Shown here: positions 37,741-50,489 of the stretch, piece by piece
How positions within the stretch are numbered: position 1 is the stretch's first letter
Layout: every line of letters starts with the position of its first letter
Assembly (NCBI GenBank): GCA_028534125.1
Contig: CM052818.1
Coordinates: 11,844,001-11,908,000, forward strand
DNA from: Lama glama
Lineage: Eukaryota
Direction: 5' to 3'
Length of the DNA stretch: 64,000 bases
Program-made: the position numbers and the translations under genes
The notes under the pieces: model-generated
What the model was told of the DNA's origin: nothing
What the model saw: the letters and a program-made list of their open reading frames with translations, nothing else
The model's database searches: none

Positions 37741-38120
37741 CTTAAGATTTGGTTGCTGATTCATGTGGTATCTGGTTCTTATAATAAATTATCCATGACC
37801 CTCAGGTTTTATAAATCAGTCTCGTGCGTTTACTTAAGGTTAAGTTCACCTGTGAGAGTTGGAGCCCCTCTAAGCATAATGACAAATAGGGCTTCTAAGA
37901 CTGGAGAGCAGTCATGACTTGTGATGAATTCATCGTGGAAAGGTCTTGGGAGGAGCCATTTCTAGACACTAGCTGGCCTTCACACCATGTTTCTCCTCTG
38001 TCCCACCATGGACCATGTATGTTTTCATTTGAAGCTCTGTACATTTTAACTGTTCTGCCTGCCTGTGTCACACTTCTGCATGTCACACTTTTACTTACAT
38101 TCCACCAGTCACCGTGTCAC

Positions 38121-38594
38121 TGTTGGGAGAAAATCTTTTCCTCTTCCAACTTGAGTCCAATGACTGGGGGCCTGCAGGTTAACTGACCAAGAAACAGATT
38201 CACAGGAGAAAAGACAGGGTTTATTTATATGTGTGCTCTCTACCTGCAGGAGTGCTTAGCCAGGAGTAACTCATGCAAAAGCCAAAGATTAAAAGTTTAT
38301 ATTAAAAAAAATTTTTTTAAAGGTGGGGGAGATGTTTCAGATTTCAATAGGAAGGTATGAAAGGTTCTGTTGGGCTTTCTGATGTTGGTAGAAATGGGCA
38401 GTCTATTTCTGTGGCAGCTGAATTCACAGAAAACTCCCTGGAGCGGGTTAATGGCAGCTGAATTTTCTGGAGGTTCTGCTTTAGTCAGATAAGGGAAGTT
38501 CAGATAAGATTTCTTTCTGCATCTTTTTAGTGCAAACGTTTTCAGTTTAAAATAAACTTTATACCCACTCTGGGGGCCTGAGTGGGTCTCCATA
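38121..38594 (-). mobile_element. ERV1 3' LTR, MER34-like
   Basis: Minus strand reads ...tttattttaaactgaaaac...gatgcagaaagaaa...aataaaccctgtcttttctcctgtgaatctg...gaggaaaagattttctcccaaca. PolyA signal at 38220-38225; purine tract (tttccc on +) adjacent at 38595. Confidence 0.8.
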
Positions 38595-41500
38595 TTTCCC
38601 TATCTAAAACTTCCCCAGAAGTTTGACAAAAAAAGAAGTTAGGTTGATTGCTGTGGAGAAAGATTCAGGTTAGAAATTTGTGAGGTGGGAGGTCTACAAA
38701 GGGAGAGAAACACAAAGATTAATGGTTGGAGCAGACAATAAACCCAGTTTTTAAATCCAGAGGGCAGATAGTCAAGATGATTTCTTGACGTTGGACGCGA
38801 AGCATTTTTAGTGAGAACGGTAGTGGTAATGTCACTGTCATGGTCATTTCCTGGAGCAGAGACGGGAGATGCAAGTGCTCCTGTGAAATTTCTGAGCGGC
38901 CCACGCTGTTGTGGTGATAAAGGCTTTGAAGTTCTGTCAAGTCATCCAACTTCAGCTTACAGGGATTTGGGGAAGAGGCAGCTTGTGTTTTCAGTGGTGC
39001 TGAGCCACGAGTGTGGGAGAAAAACTGGAAATATGAATTACTGGTAAAAAGTGCAAGACGGCAGGAGCTGGTTTATGAAAGGGTAAAAAATAGCTCAAAG
39101 ACAATGGAAAAGACTAGACTCTGATAACTCCCAAGGATTGGGTTATAGTTTTCCATTGGGACACAGAATTTCTCGTACAATCACCCGCTTTTTGATCAAA
39201 TATAATCAAAGGAAAATAACCCTTGTTTACAAAATAAGTGTGGTCTCATTTACATAAGCCTGGTCATTTACATAACTGCAGGAAAAATAATAATTATTCA
39301 CGTAGGCCTTTGTAACTTTGTTTGTTGAAACTTTCCTAAAGAATCTCAGATTGGACTTTTAAACGCCTCTCAGGGCTAGGACATCAGGCTAAGAACTTGC
39401 CATCAGACTTCACCTGCATTACCTGTAGATTTGGGTGAATTCCTCTCTTCTCAGGGTCCCCAAAACAGCTTCTGTTTCCTGGACCTGCCAGGAAGCAATG
39501 TTTCTTACTCATCTGTAATACTGGGAAGCCTGTAGGTCAGTACCAGGCCCATTTTTAAAGAGGGCTTTATAAAGTCCCATTAAGTCAACTGCAGTAGCTT
39601 AAGATGTGTCTGCTCATATCTGATGCTATGCCATCACTCTCAAATATGACATTCCAGCCAAAACCTTGGTAATATAATCAATTTTCCCAATTATGTCCTG
39701 TTATAAGGAGAACAGATTCTTATTGAACTTAAGCAAGTGACTATATGGCCATGAAAACAAGAGTACCTGATAAGGGTTTCCAAATTCTGGAGGCATCAGG
39801 GAAGGAGGGGAAAAAAAAAGTTTCATCTTTGTTTAGAAAGGTACAGTTTACTAAATTGTTGTGAATTATAGATAGCTTAAGAGAAAACAGAAAGGGGTTT
39901 GTTACACCCAGAATATTAAAGAACTGACAACGCTCCAAACATCAGGCCATAAAAATTATAGTCATTCTTCATCAGTTCATTCATCCCCACATGGTTAACT
40001 CTTGTTCTGCCTGATCTTGGGTTAGCTGTTTTATGAACCCGTCAGCTTCTCCACTAAAGTTCTAGAAATCCTGACTCAGTCCGGTGGTGTGATCTCACAG
40101 TTAGTTACGCAATGCCATCAGAAGTCTATAGCCCAGGGCACCTCTCATAATCCTTCCCATGGATCTCTGAGACATTCCCTTTTGTTGAGGATGAAGTATT
40201 CTGTCTTATTGCTGATTATAAGATCTTTCAGGAAAGCATCAGAATAAAACAGTAACTGTGAACAGCAAAAGGCTTAAAATGGCCATCATTAAAGATTTAT
40301 GGCGATTTCATTATAAAAGTACAGTAGTCCTCCCTTTATCCACAGTTGACACTTTCCCAGACCCCCAGTAGATGCCAGAAACTGCAGATAGTCCTGAACC
40401 CTAAATATGCTTTATTTTTTTTCCTGTACATACCTATGATAAAGTTTAACTTATACATTAGGCACAGTAAGAGATTATCAACAATAACTAATAATAAAAA
40501 AGAACAACTGTAACAGTATATTGTAATCAAAATCATGTAAATGTGGATTGTCTCTTGCCCTCTTTCAAAATATCTTTTTGTACTGTACTCAACCTTCTTC
40601 TCGGGATGACACGAGATGATAAAATGCCTATGTGATGAGAGGAAGGGAGGTGAGTGGAACAGGCGTTATGATGTAGCGTTAGGCTACTGCTGACCTTCTG
40701 ACAATGTCAGAAGAAGTATCATCTGCTTTGGACGATCATGGATCACAGAGCCATGACAATTTCAATGGTTGTGTGTCAGGGGCAGATGATGTCAATGGTT
40801 GGGGATCTCAAGCAGGATGGAGCAGGATGGTGCAAGATTTCATCACGCTACTCAGAAGGACACACAATTTAAAACTGATAAATTATTTATTTCTGGAATT
40901 TTCCATGTAATATTTTCAGACCATGGTTGACCTCAGGTAGCTGAAGCCATAGAAAGTGAAATGAAAGAGAAGGGGAAACTACTGTAACATAACTGATAAG
41001 AGAATTTGGTTGTTTCTGTGACCTTCATTTAAGGATAATAATTAGAATTATGACTGATAACATACCAGGAGATACCATGAACAGCTAGAACACTGACAAA
41101 TCTCTGTGGATTTTATATAACTCTGAAACACCTATATTAACAATATGTACCCAGGCAAATATAACCCAGGGAAAGTTAAGTATCTCTTCTTATTTGACAA
41201 TGTGTTTATGAAATTAAACACATGAAATAAACCGAATTATTTTTTAATACCTCTCTTTTCCCAAGGTGAAAGAACAAATCCTGTGAGATGTCCTAGGAGT
41301 CCTCTGGGAAATCTCAAAGTCAGTTTGAGATGAAGATTTCATTTAGGATTTGATTTTGGGAAGATAAAATATCAGAAGTTGTCAAAAATGACAAAAAGTT
41401 TGAACAGTAAATTACAAAAGATCACCGATCACTATGAAACAATAAAGGATTTTTTTATAGTAAATATAAGAGGTAACATGATTATAAAAAAAAAAGAAAA

Positions 41501-42058
41501 AACTTAGGTCGTTTAATGGTGAGAAGATTCAGTTCTCTTAAATAATGGAGGATACGATAAAGACAATACACTACAACACAGAGACACAGAATCTTTGTGT
41601 CCTATGTGGATTATTCAAAATGTAAAGAAAAACCTTTTACAATCTTACGCTAAGAGTTCGCCAGTTATCTAAGAAACTCTGTCCTTTTGAGAGAGAAAAG
41701 CAAACTCTAGTTTTACATCAGTACACTGTTGATTTTAAAGCTTATTTTAAACCTTATAATAAATTCAGTCTTGGTCAACTTGACCACGAGATAAGATTCC
41801 CTCTCTCTCCACCTCCTTCCTTTTTCCCCCTTTCTTTCTTTTTCGCAGACCCTATACAACTTTACAGATCCCTTCAAGTTTTTGTCCTTCATTACCCTTT
41901 TTCGCATTCTAGAACAACCTTTAAACAACCTCTAAATAACTATCTCAAGACAATATTACTCTCTTTTACTTTTTTCCTTAAAAAAAAGAAAACCCACATC
42001 CTACATTCCTTTTATACCTTTCATACAGTTTTTATCCTTCACTCTTAATATTTCTAGG
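38595..42058 (-). mobile_element. ERV1 internal sequence (MER4/MER34-group, non-coding), 5'-truncated and interrupted by MER44
   Basis: Characteristic antisense text aagaatctcagattggacttttaaa...cttgccatcagacttcacctgca...gatttgggtgaattcctctcttctc...ctcaaatatgacattccagccaaaaccttggtaatata. No ORF of 100 aa or more and no 5' LTR seen. Confidence 0.85.
40322..40984 (-). mobile_element. MER44-family (Tigger7-derived) MITE with both ends and TA TSD
   Basis: ta|cagtagtcctccctttatcc...gaaggggaaactactg|ta; internal atacctatgataaagtttaacttatacattaggcacagtaagagatta and gatttcatcacgctactcagaa. Confidence 0.92.
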
Positions 42059-42079
42059 AGTTACAGCCCCAAAGTTAGT

Positions 42080-42682
42080 TTTCCAAAGTGCAAATGCAAC
42101 CATTTTCTTACTTAATATTCAATAGTTACAGTAGTAACTGTACTTATCACCTACTGGATAAGGTTCAAATTCCTAGAAGGTCCTTCTTGACTGAGATTTT
42201 GCCAAACTCTCTAGTGTTGTCTATAACCATTTCCTCCTCTTACCTTCTGCTTTTTTCAGACTATAATACTATAATACATAAGGGCTATTCCTTGAATGGA
42301 TTGTGCTTTTTCATCTTAGCACACAGTAGTCCTGTCCCCTGAAATTTACTCTCACCTCTGACCACATGCAGATTTCTACATGCTCTTTAAGAGTCAGTTC
42401 AGTTGTTTCCTCCTCTGTGAAGATTTTCCAGTTTTCCTATCCACACTTAGGCACTTCTTTTCTCATGGCTTCCATTGCAGTTTATGCACACCTCCCTTCC
42501 AGTAACTGTCACGTGATATCATTTCATCAGTGTTCATATTTTGCCTCCTCGTGACATCAGTTTCTTGAGGGAGGAAATAGGGATCTTTTCTTCTCTATAT
42601 CCCCATCATGGATCACAGTGCCCTACAAAAAAGGGGCTGCCCAATAAACAGTTGTTGAATGAATGAGTGAATAAATGAATGA
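42080..42682 (+). mobile_element. L2 3' region with (TGAA)n tail
   Basis: tcctcctctgtgaagattttcc...gtttcttgagggagg...cacagtgccc...caataaacagttgttgaatgaatgagtgaataaatgaatgaa. Confidence 0.8.
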
Positions 42683-42819
42683 AGCTTGGGGGCACCCTTT
42701 CAGCTCAAGCCTTTGGGGAAAGAAGTTCCAGCAACTGATGTCAGACTAAAGCAGAAGTGGAGGATTTTTGCTTGCATGCAAATCCAGGAGGCTTATATAT
42801 GATAGTCTTGAAAGTGCAC

Positions 42820-42980
42820 TTTCATGTACCTCTTTATTTTTATCTTGAGCCTCACAATAATTGGTGACAAGAGCAGAACAAGTATTATTTCCATTTCATA
42901 CTGGAGGGATGAGGAAATAGGCACTGAAAGGTTGAGGGTCCTAGAGCTGGCTAGTAATAGAGATGGAGCTAGAATGTGTT
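42820..42980 (-). mobile_element. MIR SINE
   Basis: cctcacaataatt...gtattatttccatttcatactggagggatgagg...gctagtaatagagatggagctaga. Confidence 0.6.
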
Positions 42981-44044
42981 GTCTTGAAAGAGCTTAGATT
43001 CCACATTTTTCAGATTTTCAGTCTGTTCTTTTTAAACCTTGTATACTTTCCTTAACACACACATACACACACACACTCTGAGCTAAGTTGTAACACAATA
43101 AGACATAGAGCTAGAAAGAACCTTAGAAATCATATATAATCTGCCCCCTTAAAATGAGAGTGATTATTCCTCCCATAAGACAAGCATCATCTACATCACT
43201 CATATTTCATCTGAGCAATTGGTATCTTTGTCTCCAGTGTCACTTCTCCACACTTGCAAATAGCTACCCTTTTGCTTCACAGAAGCCTTAGGAGCAAGTA
43301 CAATGCACTTCTCAAGGTTATAAATTCCTTATAATGTGGCATCCTTCTCCTTTGGATTTGGATGTTAAGAAGGGAACCTTTCTCTCAGCCACTCCCTCCC
43401 CATTCCCCAGGCATGATATGGGGGGGTGGGGGGTAGGTCCTGCCTGGGAGATTTTGATAGCCCCACCCTTCCACACACTGAAAGAGCTCTTAAGAGCAGC
43501 CCTCAGACTTAAGGAGTGCCAGCCAAATGGCACGTCAGCCTGTCGTCAGTGAGCCTGGGAGGCAAGTGTAAACTGACACACCGACCACGCTGTGTTACTC
43601 ATTCATCTCCGGTTGCTGCCTGTATCAAAAGAGAGACAATGGGAACCACCTTCTCACCTTTATCCATATCACCTCTTCCACTCAGATACAGTCAAGCACC
43701 TCCCCCAGAATAAAGGATGTTGTCATAGGGGCTAGTTTTTACTGTTGGTGTTGTTTTGTTTTAGATTTTGCCCTTGTTTCATGTTTTCTTACGCACTGTC
43801 ATCACAGCTCTAGCCCAGTCATACACGGTGTGATGGTCAGAGTAAAAACTTTCTTTTTTCATTTTTCAGTTTTCTTAGGTATTTCACTGCACATATACAA
43901 TATATTGCATGTAAATACACATACATATACTGCACATATTTTTAAAATTTACATATATGTACTGTTCATTGTCTCTAAGAACATTTAGAGCTTTAGCTTT
44001 TTAAACTTAGTTATCAAAGGGATAAAGCAAGCCACAAAATAAGA

Positions 44045-44220
44045 ATTAATTTAAAAAGATATATACACCCTGCTATTAACAGCAACATTCCTTATAATTG
44101 CCAAGATATGAAAGCATCATAAGTGCACACCAATAGATGAATGGATAAAGAAGATGCAGCGTATATATGTAATAGAATACAGCTCACCCCTAAGAAAGGA
44201 TATTTTGCCATTTGCAGCCC
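44045..44220 (+). mobile_element. L1 fragment from the end of ORF2
   Basis: aaagatatatacaccc...attgccaagatatgaaagca...atagatgaatggataaagaagatg...gatattttgccatttgcagc. Confidence 0.85.
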
Positions 44221-44279
44221 TTCATTCACTTTTTTTTTCACTTCAAAAACCAGAATTTTATAACTGGCATAAATATTTC

Positions 44280-44490
44280 CATTGCATCAAAAACAACAAA
44301 ATACCCAGAAATAAACATCACCAACGAGGTTACCTATACTCTGAAAACTGTAAAACACCGATGAAGGAAACTGAAGATGATACAAAGAAATGGAAAGATA
44401 TCTTGTTCTCTTGGATTGGAAGAATCAACATTATCAAAATGGCCACACTACCCAAAACAATCTACAGATCCAGTGCAACCCCTGTCAAAA
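44280..44490 (+). mobile_element. L1 ORF2 internal fragment (post-RT region)
   Basis: Translates as LYSENCKTPMKETEDDTKKWKDILFSWIGRINIIKMATLPKTIYR in ORF 44154-44519. Confidence 0.92.
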
Positions 44491-46504
44491 TCAGAGTCAA
44501 AACTTTTAACCCAGCATAAATCCATGCAAATGATCATGAGAGGATATAAGTAATGTCAGAGAGAAAAGAATACCCAGAACTGAAGCCCTGAAGTGTAAAT
44601 GTGTATTACTAAATAAGACAACTGTAAATGAAAGGGCAATATCACAACTCAATTGCAAAGTTCATTACCACTCATGACTAGGTTACGATAATTGTAAAGA
44701 ATTATTCATTGTTAAACACTCAGCAAAAATATGGGTTTGCTTTGTGTTTCATTTCCACTTTTCAAGTTTCTGCAGCTGTTCTGTGCACTTTACAATGTCT
44801 GTTCGTATCAAAGACACGTATTTCCTAATTTTTAGGAGCACCTGGATTTTCTCAGTACAGGGGTGAGGAGAATTTATAGCAGAATTTGAAAATGAAATAA
44901 GCATGCTGTAATATTTTCAAAGTTTAGTATACATGCTTGTCTTTTCTGCAGGTGGGGGGAAGAAAGATTGAAACGAGTTTTTTACTGGTGATTCTACTTT
45001 TCTATCATGGAAATGTCCCAGTAAAAATTATTTTTAAATTTGTTGCATGAAATTCAAATGCATCCCGTTTTATTTGAAAGTCTGGGTGTGCTTATTTGTG
45101 ATATTTATGACAATACAAAAGCTTTCTATGCTTTCTGTATAAGTAAACTATTATTCTAGATTATCTAAAACAGGAGCATCTCAACTGGTAAGAGCTTTGA
45201 AAGAAAGGATACAACTGGAAACTATTGTTTCTTTGGATGTAGGCCCATGCCCTGTCCTCCAAAAACAAAAGAAGCCAAGTGGTAGACAATTTTATCATCT
45301 GAAAGCAGTCTAATTATTATAAACTGCAGTCATATTAATTCTTAATTGAAGTCTCTTTATATCATTTTTTAATGTAAGTTTAATGCAAGGAGCAGCAGCT
45401 CTTGCTACATAACTTATCAAAGATAATAAAAGCAATAAAAGCTGGATTTGTCTTTTAGGCTTGAAAAAAAAACCCCACCAAATTTACACAGAGAAAGTGA
45501 TATACAGCGATGACACAAGCTATACTCCTGTTATCAGAAAATAACACAATTGAATTGCACTGGGCCAGCTCAAGTTGTCATATCATGTTGCTATTGTTTC
45601 TTATAAAATAAATAGCTTTGTTTATCATGGGCCAATGTGACATGGCAGCACAAAAATCACATTCCACACTCCGGCAGCAGGGAAGAGAGCAGGTGTCACC
45701 ACTCAGCCAAACCTGCAAAATCCTTTGGAATTCCTATTTATTAAAGTCCACATTCTTTGCACCTTGCTCACTGGTCGCTATACATCTTCTGCAGCCAGAT
45801 TCACAAATATTTTCATGGATTAACCAATAAAAGTGCCCATCCAGAAAAACAAAGGTCTTTCTTAAGGAATGCTGGAATACAAATTGATTTCACCCGGAGC
45901 AATCCAACTGTACTGTGTCATGTATACTTACTTATAACCAATTAAACTGCTCTTTCACCACAGTTAAAATGCACCCTTTAAAAATTGCTCTGTTCCGTTA
46001 TGCATAAAAGTACAGGGCAGAAATCTTGCAATGCACCATTCATAATAATAATTTCATTTGCCTGTCTCTTTACCTCTTCTTGATTTTTCTCATTTTATCC
46101 CCAGCATATTGTGGCTTTTCTTTTGTAAGCTGCATTATAGAACCTTACTGTGAGGTCACAGTAGTGAAGAAAAACAAAACTAATGGGGGAAAATGATAAT
46201 TAAGCAGTCCACGGCACATTTCTGCATGAAGCAATGGAGGCAATGTCCAACGTTAGTCCTACCTGTAGGAAAAGCTTTTGTTGTGCTAAGGCACATTTTT
46301 ATTCGGATAAACTATGGAACCTAGAATGCCCTCATAATGGTTTTCCCACAATATAACTATATTCTATGTCCTGAAGTGAGGCTAAAAGTGAAAAATAAAA
46401 ATCAAAGTAAATTGATAATACTTTTAATACTTTTCTCCAACTGAAAAGTGGAGAATTTATATCCTTTTTGGACACTAAAAAAAATTGTCACTTTACTTCT
46501 TTAT

Positions 46505-46722
46505 TGTGTGTTTATATGCATACATATATTGTGTGTACATGTGTCCATGTATATATGTATATACTCACATATATGCATGTATAGATGCATACATACATAA
46601 TTTATATAATATATTATGTCTTTTACATTATATACGTTATATTATACATATGAAATATACATACATTACACACACTATATATTTATGTTTATATGTGTAT
46701 GTATACACATATATACATATAG
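46505..46722. repeat. Degenerate (TA/TG/CA)n low-complexity tract
   Basis: tatatgcatacatatattgtgtgtacatgtgtcc...gtatacacatatatacatata read directly. Confidence 0.9.
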
Positions 46723-46949
46723 TACCTTGGGGGAGATTCTAAGAGAAGATGCCATAAGCATAGGGTTCGTATTCTTGGAATAATGGAATACTTTCCCTAC
46801 ATGAATCTCAAGAAATCCTTTGACAGGTTAATCTACAAAACATGCCCTCTGATCACTTTTTACTTTCCTTATTTTAGAGATTTGTGACCTGTGCTAGAGA
46901 AAGAAAATGTAGTTTACACATATTAGCGTAGTAGGTAGAAGAGCCCAGC

Positions 46950-47357
46950 TGTTACAATATACATTTTCTCTTGAAAACAACATCCCCGCTCTTTGCCATC
47001 CTCCATTGAACTTAGTCTTCAGGGGACTTGGAAGCCAATGAGCAGGAGATTAGATCAAGCTAAGTCAATCAAGTCAGACTTTTCTTGGAATTAGAATCTT
47101 GAGCAATGTCACCGGAATAGGCAATAGCTGGATCTGACTCTTCTGGGTCACAAAGCTCTGGAAAAATTGTTCACTAACTCTGTAAACCAGATCCAAGCAT
47201 CTGCCCTGAGGTCTGACTTTCCAAGGCTTGATAGCCATTCTTTTCCTCCAGCTCCGTGAGCTACCCTAATCACGTTCAACAAATTCCTTTTTTGTCTTTT
47301 TGTTTGGATTAGCCAGGATAGCTTTGTCTCATGCATCCAAAGAGCTCTAGCTGAAAT
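46950..47357 (+). mobile_element. Old ERVL/MaLR-like LTR
   Basis: gatcaagctaagtcaatca...ccctgaggtctg...caacaaattcctttttt...gctttgtctcatgcatccaaagagctctagctgaaata. Confidence 0.5.
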
Positions 47358-47469
47358 AGTTAGCAGTATTTTCTATCCTGTGCACAAGCCATTGGGCTGC
47401 TCCAGAAAATTTCCCATTTCTAATATGAAGAAAGACTTTCAGAAGTATACCTGTGATATAATAAATAAA

Positions 47470-47850
47470 GCCTCAGTCAAAGAACTTCAGTTCTGATTTT
47501 GCCTTATTAATTCTGGACCTTTTTCAAATCATTTAATATCTCTGAACATCAGTTTTGTCATTTGTAAAATGGAGACACATTTCCTGCTTAGTTATGTTGA
47601 GCATTAATTGAAATATAAATTATTCGAAAATCCCTTGTAAGTTGTGATGTATAATCCAACTGTTAGCGATTGTTATTAACTCCTTCGTTCCAGCTTGGCC
47701 ACTTATGAGCTGTGGGAACATTTTCATTTGTGTCCCTCAGCATCCTCATCTGTAAAATGAAAAACAACAACCTCAGAGAGCTGTTATTATTCAGTAAGTT
47801 AGCAAGTGTAAAGTGACTGGTGCAAAGCAAGTATTATAAAACTGTTACCT
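47470..47850 (+). mobile_element. Two adjacent MIR SINEs
   Basis: Cores atctctgaacatcagttttgtcatttgtaaaatgg (~47540) and cctcagcatcctcatctgtaaaatga (~47735). Confidence 0.75.
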
Positions 47851-47984
47851 ATTTTTGGCTGGAATATTATTCTTCCACTGTGAATTCGTAGCAACTTAAA
47901 TATACATGTTTCAGGATGGTATCTGCCTATTTACTCCACTTGTTTTTCCTCTCTATTGTAGTTTTTTTAAAAAATAAGCTACAA

Positions 47985-49975
47985 TAGAGGCATCCAGATG
48001 GGAAAGGAGAAAGTAAAACTATTTCTGTTTGCAGATGACATTATCTTGTATATAGAAAATCTTAAGACTCTTACTAAAAAACTATTAGAACTAATAAATG
48101 AGTTTAGCAAGGTTGGAGAATACGAAGCCGATAAACAAAAATCAGTTGTGTTGCTATACACTTGCAATAACCTATCTGAAAATGAAATTAAGAAAACAAC
48201 TCTAGTTAAGATAGTATCAAAAAAATCTGCAAATAAATTTAACAAAAGACGTGCAAAGTGTATACTCTGAAAATTACAAAACATTGTTGAGATTAAAAAA
48301 GATCTAAATACATGAGAAAATATCCCATATTTATGGATTAGAAGACTTAATATTGCTAAGATGGCAACACCCGCAGTATTGATCTACAGATTCAATACAA
48401 TCCCTATGAAAATCCCAGTGGGGTGGGGTTTTTTTGGTAGAAATTAGCAAGCTGCTTCTAAAATTATTAGGGAATTGCATGGGACCCAGTGTAACCAAAA
48501 AAATCTTGAAAAATAACATAATTGGAAAACTTACATTTCTAGATTTCAAAACTTACTACAAAGCAAGCAGTGATCAATGTGTGTATTGGTACAGAAATAA
48601 ACATGTAAGTCAATGGATTAGAATTAAGAGTTCAGAAATAAACTCATGTATCTACAGTTAACTGGTTTTTGACAAGAGTTCCAAGACCATTTAATGGGAA
48701 AATAGCAGCCTTTTCAACAAATGATGCTGGGACAACTGAATTGAATGAATGCAGAAAAATGAAGTTGAATGCTTACTTCCCACCATATACAGACATTAAT
48801 GCAAAATGGATCAAAGACCTAAATGTAAGAACTAACACCATAAATTTTTTAGAAGAAAACAGAGGGGTAAATCTTCATGACTTCAGATCTGGCACTAGAT
48901 TCTTACATATGACACAAAAGCACAAGCAACATAAGGAAAAATAGACTGAACTTCACTAAAATTAGAAGTTTTGTGCTTCAAAAGACAATATTGAAAGAAT
49001 GCAGACAACCCACAGAATGGAAGAAATTATTTACAAATCATATATGTAATAAGTGACTTTCATCTAGAATATGTAAAGAACTCTTACAAGTAATAATATA
49101 AAGACAAATAGCCAAGTTTTAAAATGGACAGAGTATCTGAATAGACATTTCTGCAAAGAATATAAGCAAATAGTCAATAATCACATGGAAAGATGTTTGA
49201 CTTCATTTGTCATCAGGGAAATTAAGTCAAAACCACAATGAGAAAAAAAAAAAACCACTATGAGGCACCACATCACACCCACTAGGACAACAAGAATCAA
49301 AAACTCAGGTAACAACAATGGTTGACAAAGATGTGGAGAGATTGGAACCCTCATCACCCCTGATGGCAGTGTACAGTGCACCCTCTTTGGAAAACAGTCT
49401 GGAAGTTTCTCAAACAGTTAAGCATTGATATACCATATGATCCAGCAATTCTACTCCTAGTTACATGCTCAGGATAAATGAAAACATATTCCTACACAAA
49501 AGCTTGCACACAAATGTTCATAGCAGCATTATTCATAGTAACCAAAAGGTAGAAACAGCCCAAATGCCCACCAGCTGATGAATGGGTAAATAAACAAAAT
49601 GTGGTATATCCATCCAATGAAATATTATTTGGCCACAAAAAGAAAGACGTACTGATACATGCACAAACCTTGAAAACTTTGTGCTAAGTGAAAAACGCCA
49701 GTCATAAAATACAACATATTATATGAATCTACATGCAATGTCCAGAATAAACAAACATAGACAGAAAGTAGACTAATGGTTGCTTAGAGCTGAGGGGGTT
49801 AGAAGGGTAGGGAGTCGTAACTAAAGTGAATGGGGTTTGAGGTGATGAAATTATTCTAAAACTAACTGTGGTCCTAGTGACATGTATCTGTGAATATACT
49901 AAAAACAACTGAATTAGGTACTTTGAGTGGGTATAAATGTACCGTATTTGCATTAAATGTCAATAAAGCTGTTTT
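47985..49975 (+). mobile_element. 5'-truncated L1MB-type LINE with decayed ORF2 (RT motif) and 3' UTR
   Basis: ORF 47998-48270 contains KEKVKLFLFADDIILYIEN (L1 RT catalytic motif); later peptides LDFKTYYKA and KWIKDLNVR; 3' end gtgaatatactaaaaacaactgaatt...tcaataaagctgtt. Confidence 0.95.
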
Positions 49976-50489
49976 TTCCTTAAAGCTGCTATAGAGAAAG
50001 GAAATTGTGTATCTCCAAGTAGTTAAACAACAGACTCAATATTGGACAGACACAGAACCATAGTTGACTAATCCTGCATGAGTGTATCACAGGGCAGATG
50101 GAAGTACCTTGGCAGAAAGTGATACAAAGTACGCTTTGCTTTGGGTCGGTGACTTTTTACGTTTTACGCATACCTTTAAAAGAAAACAAAAATTGGAAGA
50201 ATTATCTCCTGCCTTCTCTGTTAAGCTTTTCTACTTCTCCTTTATTACCACCTCCATCAGAATTGAATACTATCGTGTCTTCTCAGAGAAACTTGCATAT
50301 GTAACTGTGTCCCAGCACTGATTTCATCCCAAGTCACTTTGTTTCGAATGCTTCTTATGCCTACTAGGCTGCGGCACCTGGAGGTCAGAGACTATGTGTG
50401 ATTTATTCTCCCACCTAATTTCTGCAGAGGGAATGAATTTTTTACATTTGGGCATTCCAAAAGACAGGTTTTTCTATCAAATATAGTAC

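Noticed and set aside
38595..42058. Possible captured env gene (MER34 elements gave rise to ERVMER34-1/HEMO)
   Set aside because: No ORF reaches 100 aa in the internal region and no gag, pol or env motifs are visible.
47976..49996. Possible TSD of the L1MB (aagctacaatagag / aagctgctatagag)
   Set aside because: Two mismatches, and the left copy overlaps L1-like sequence, so it cannot be confirmed by eye.
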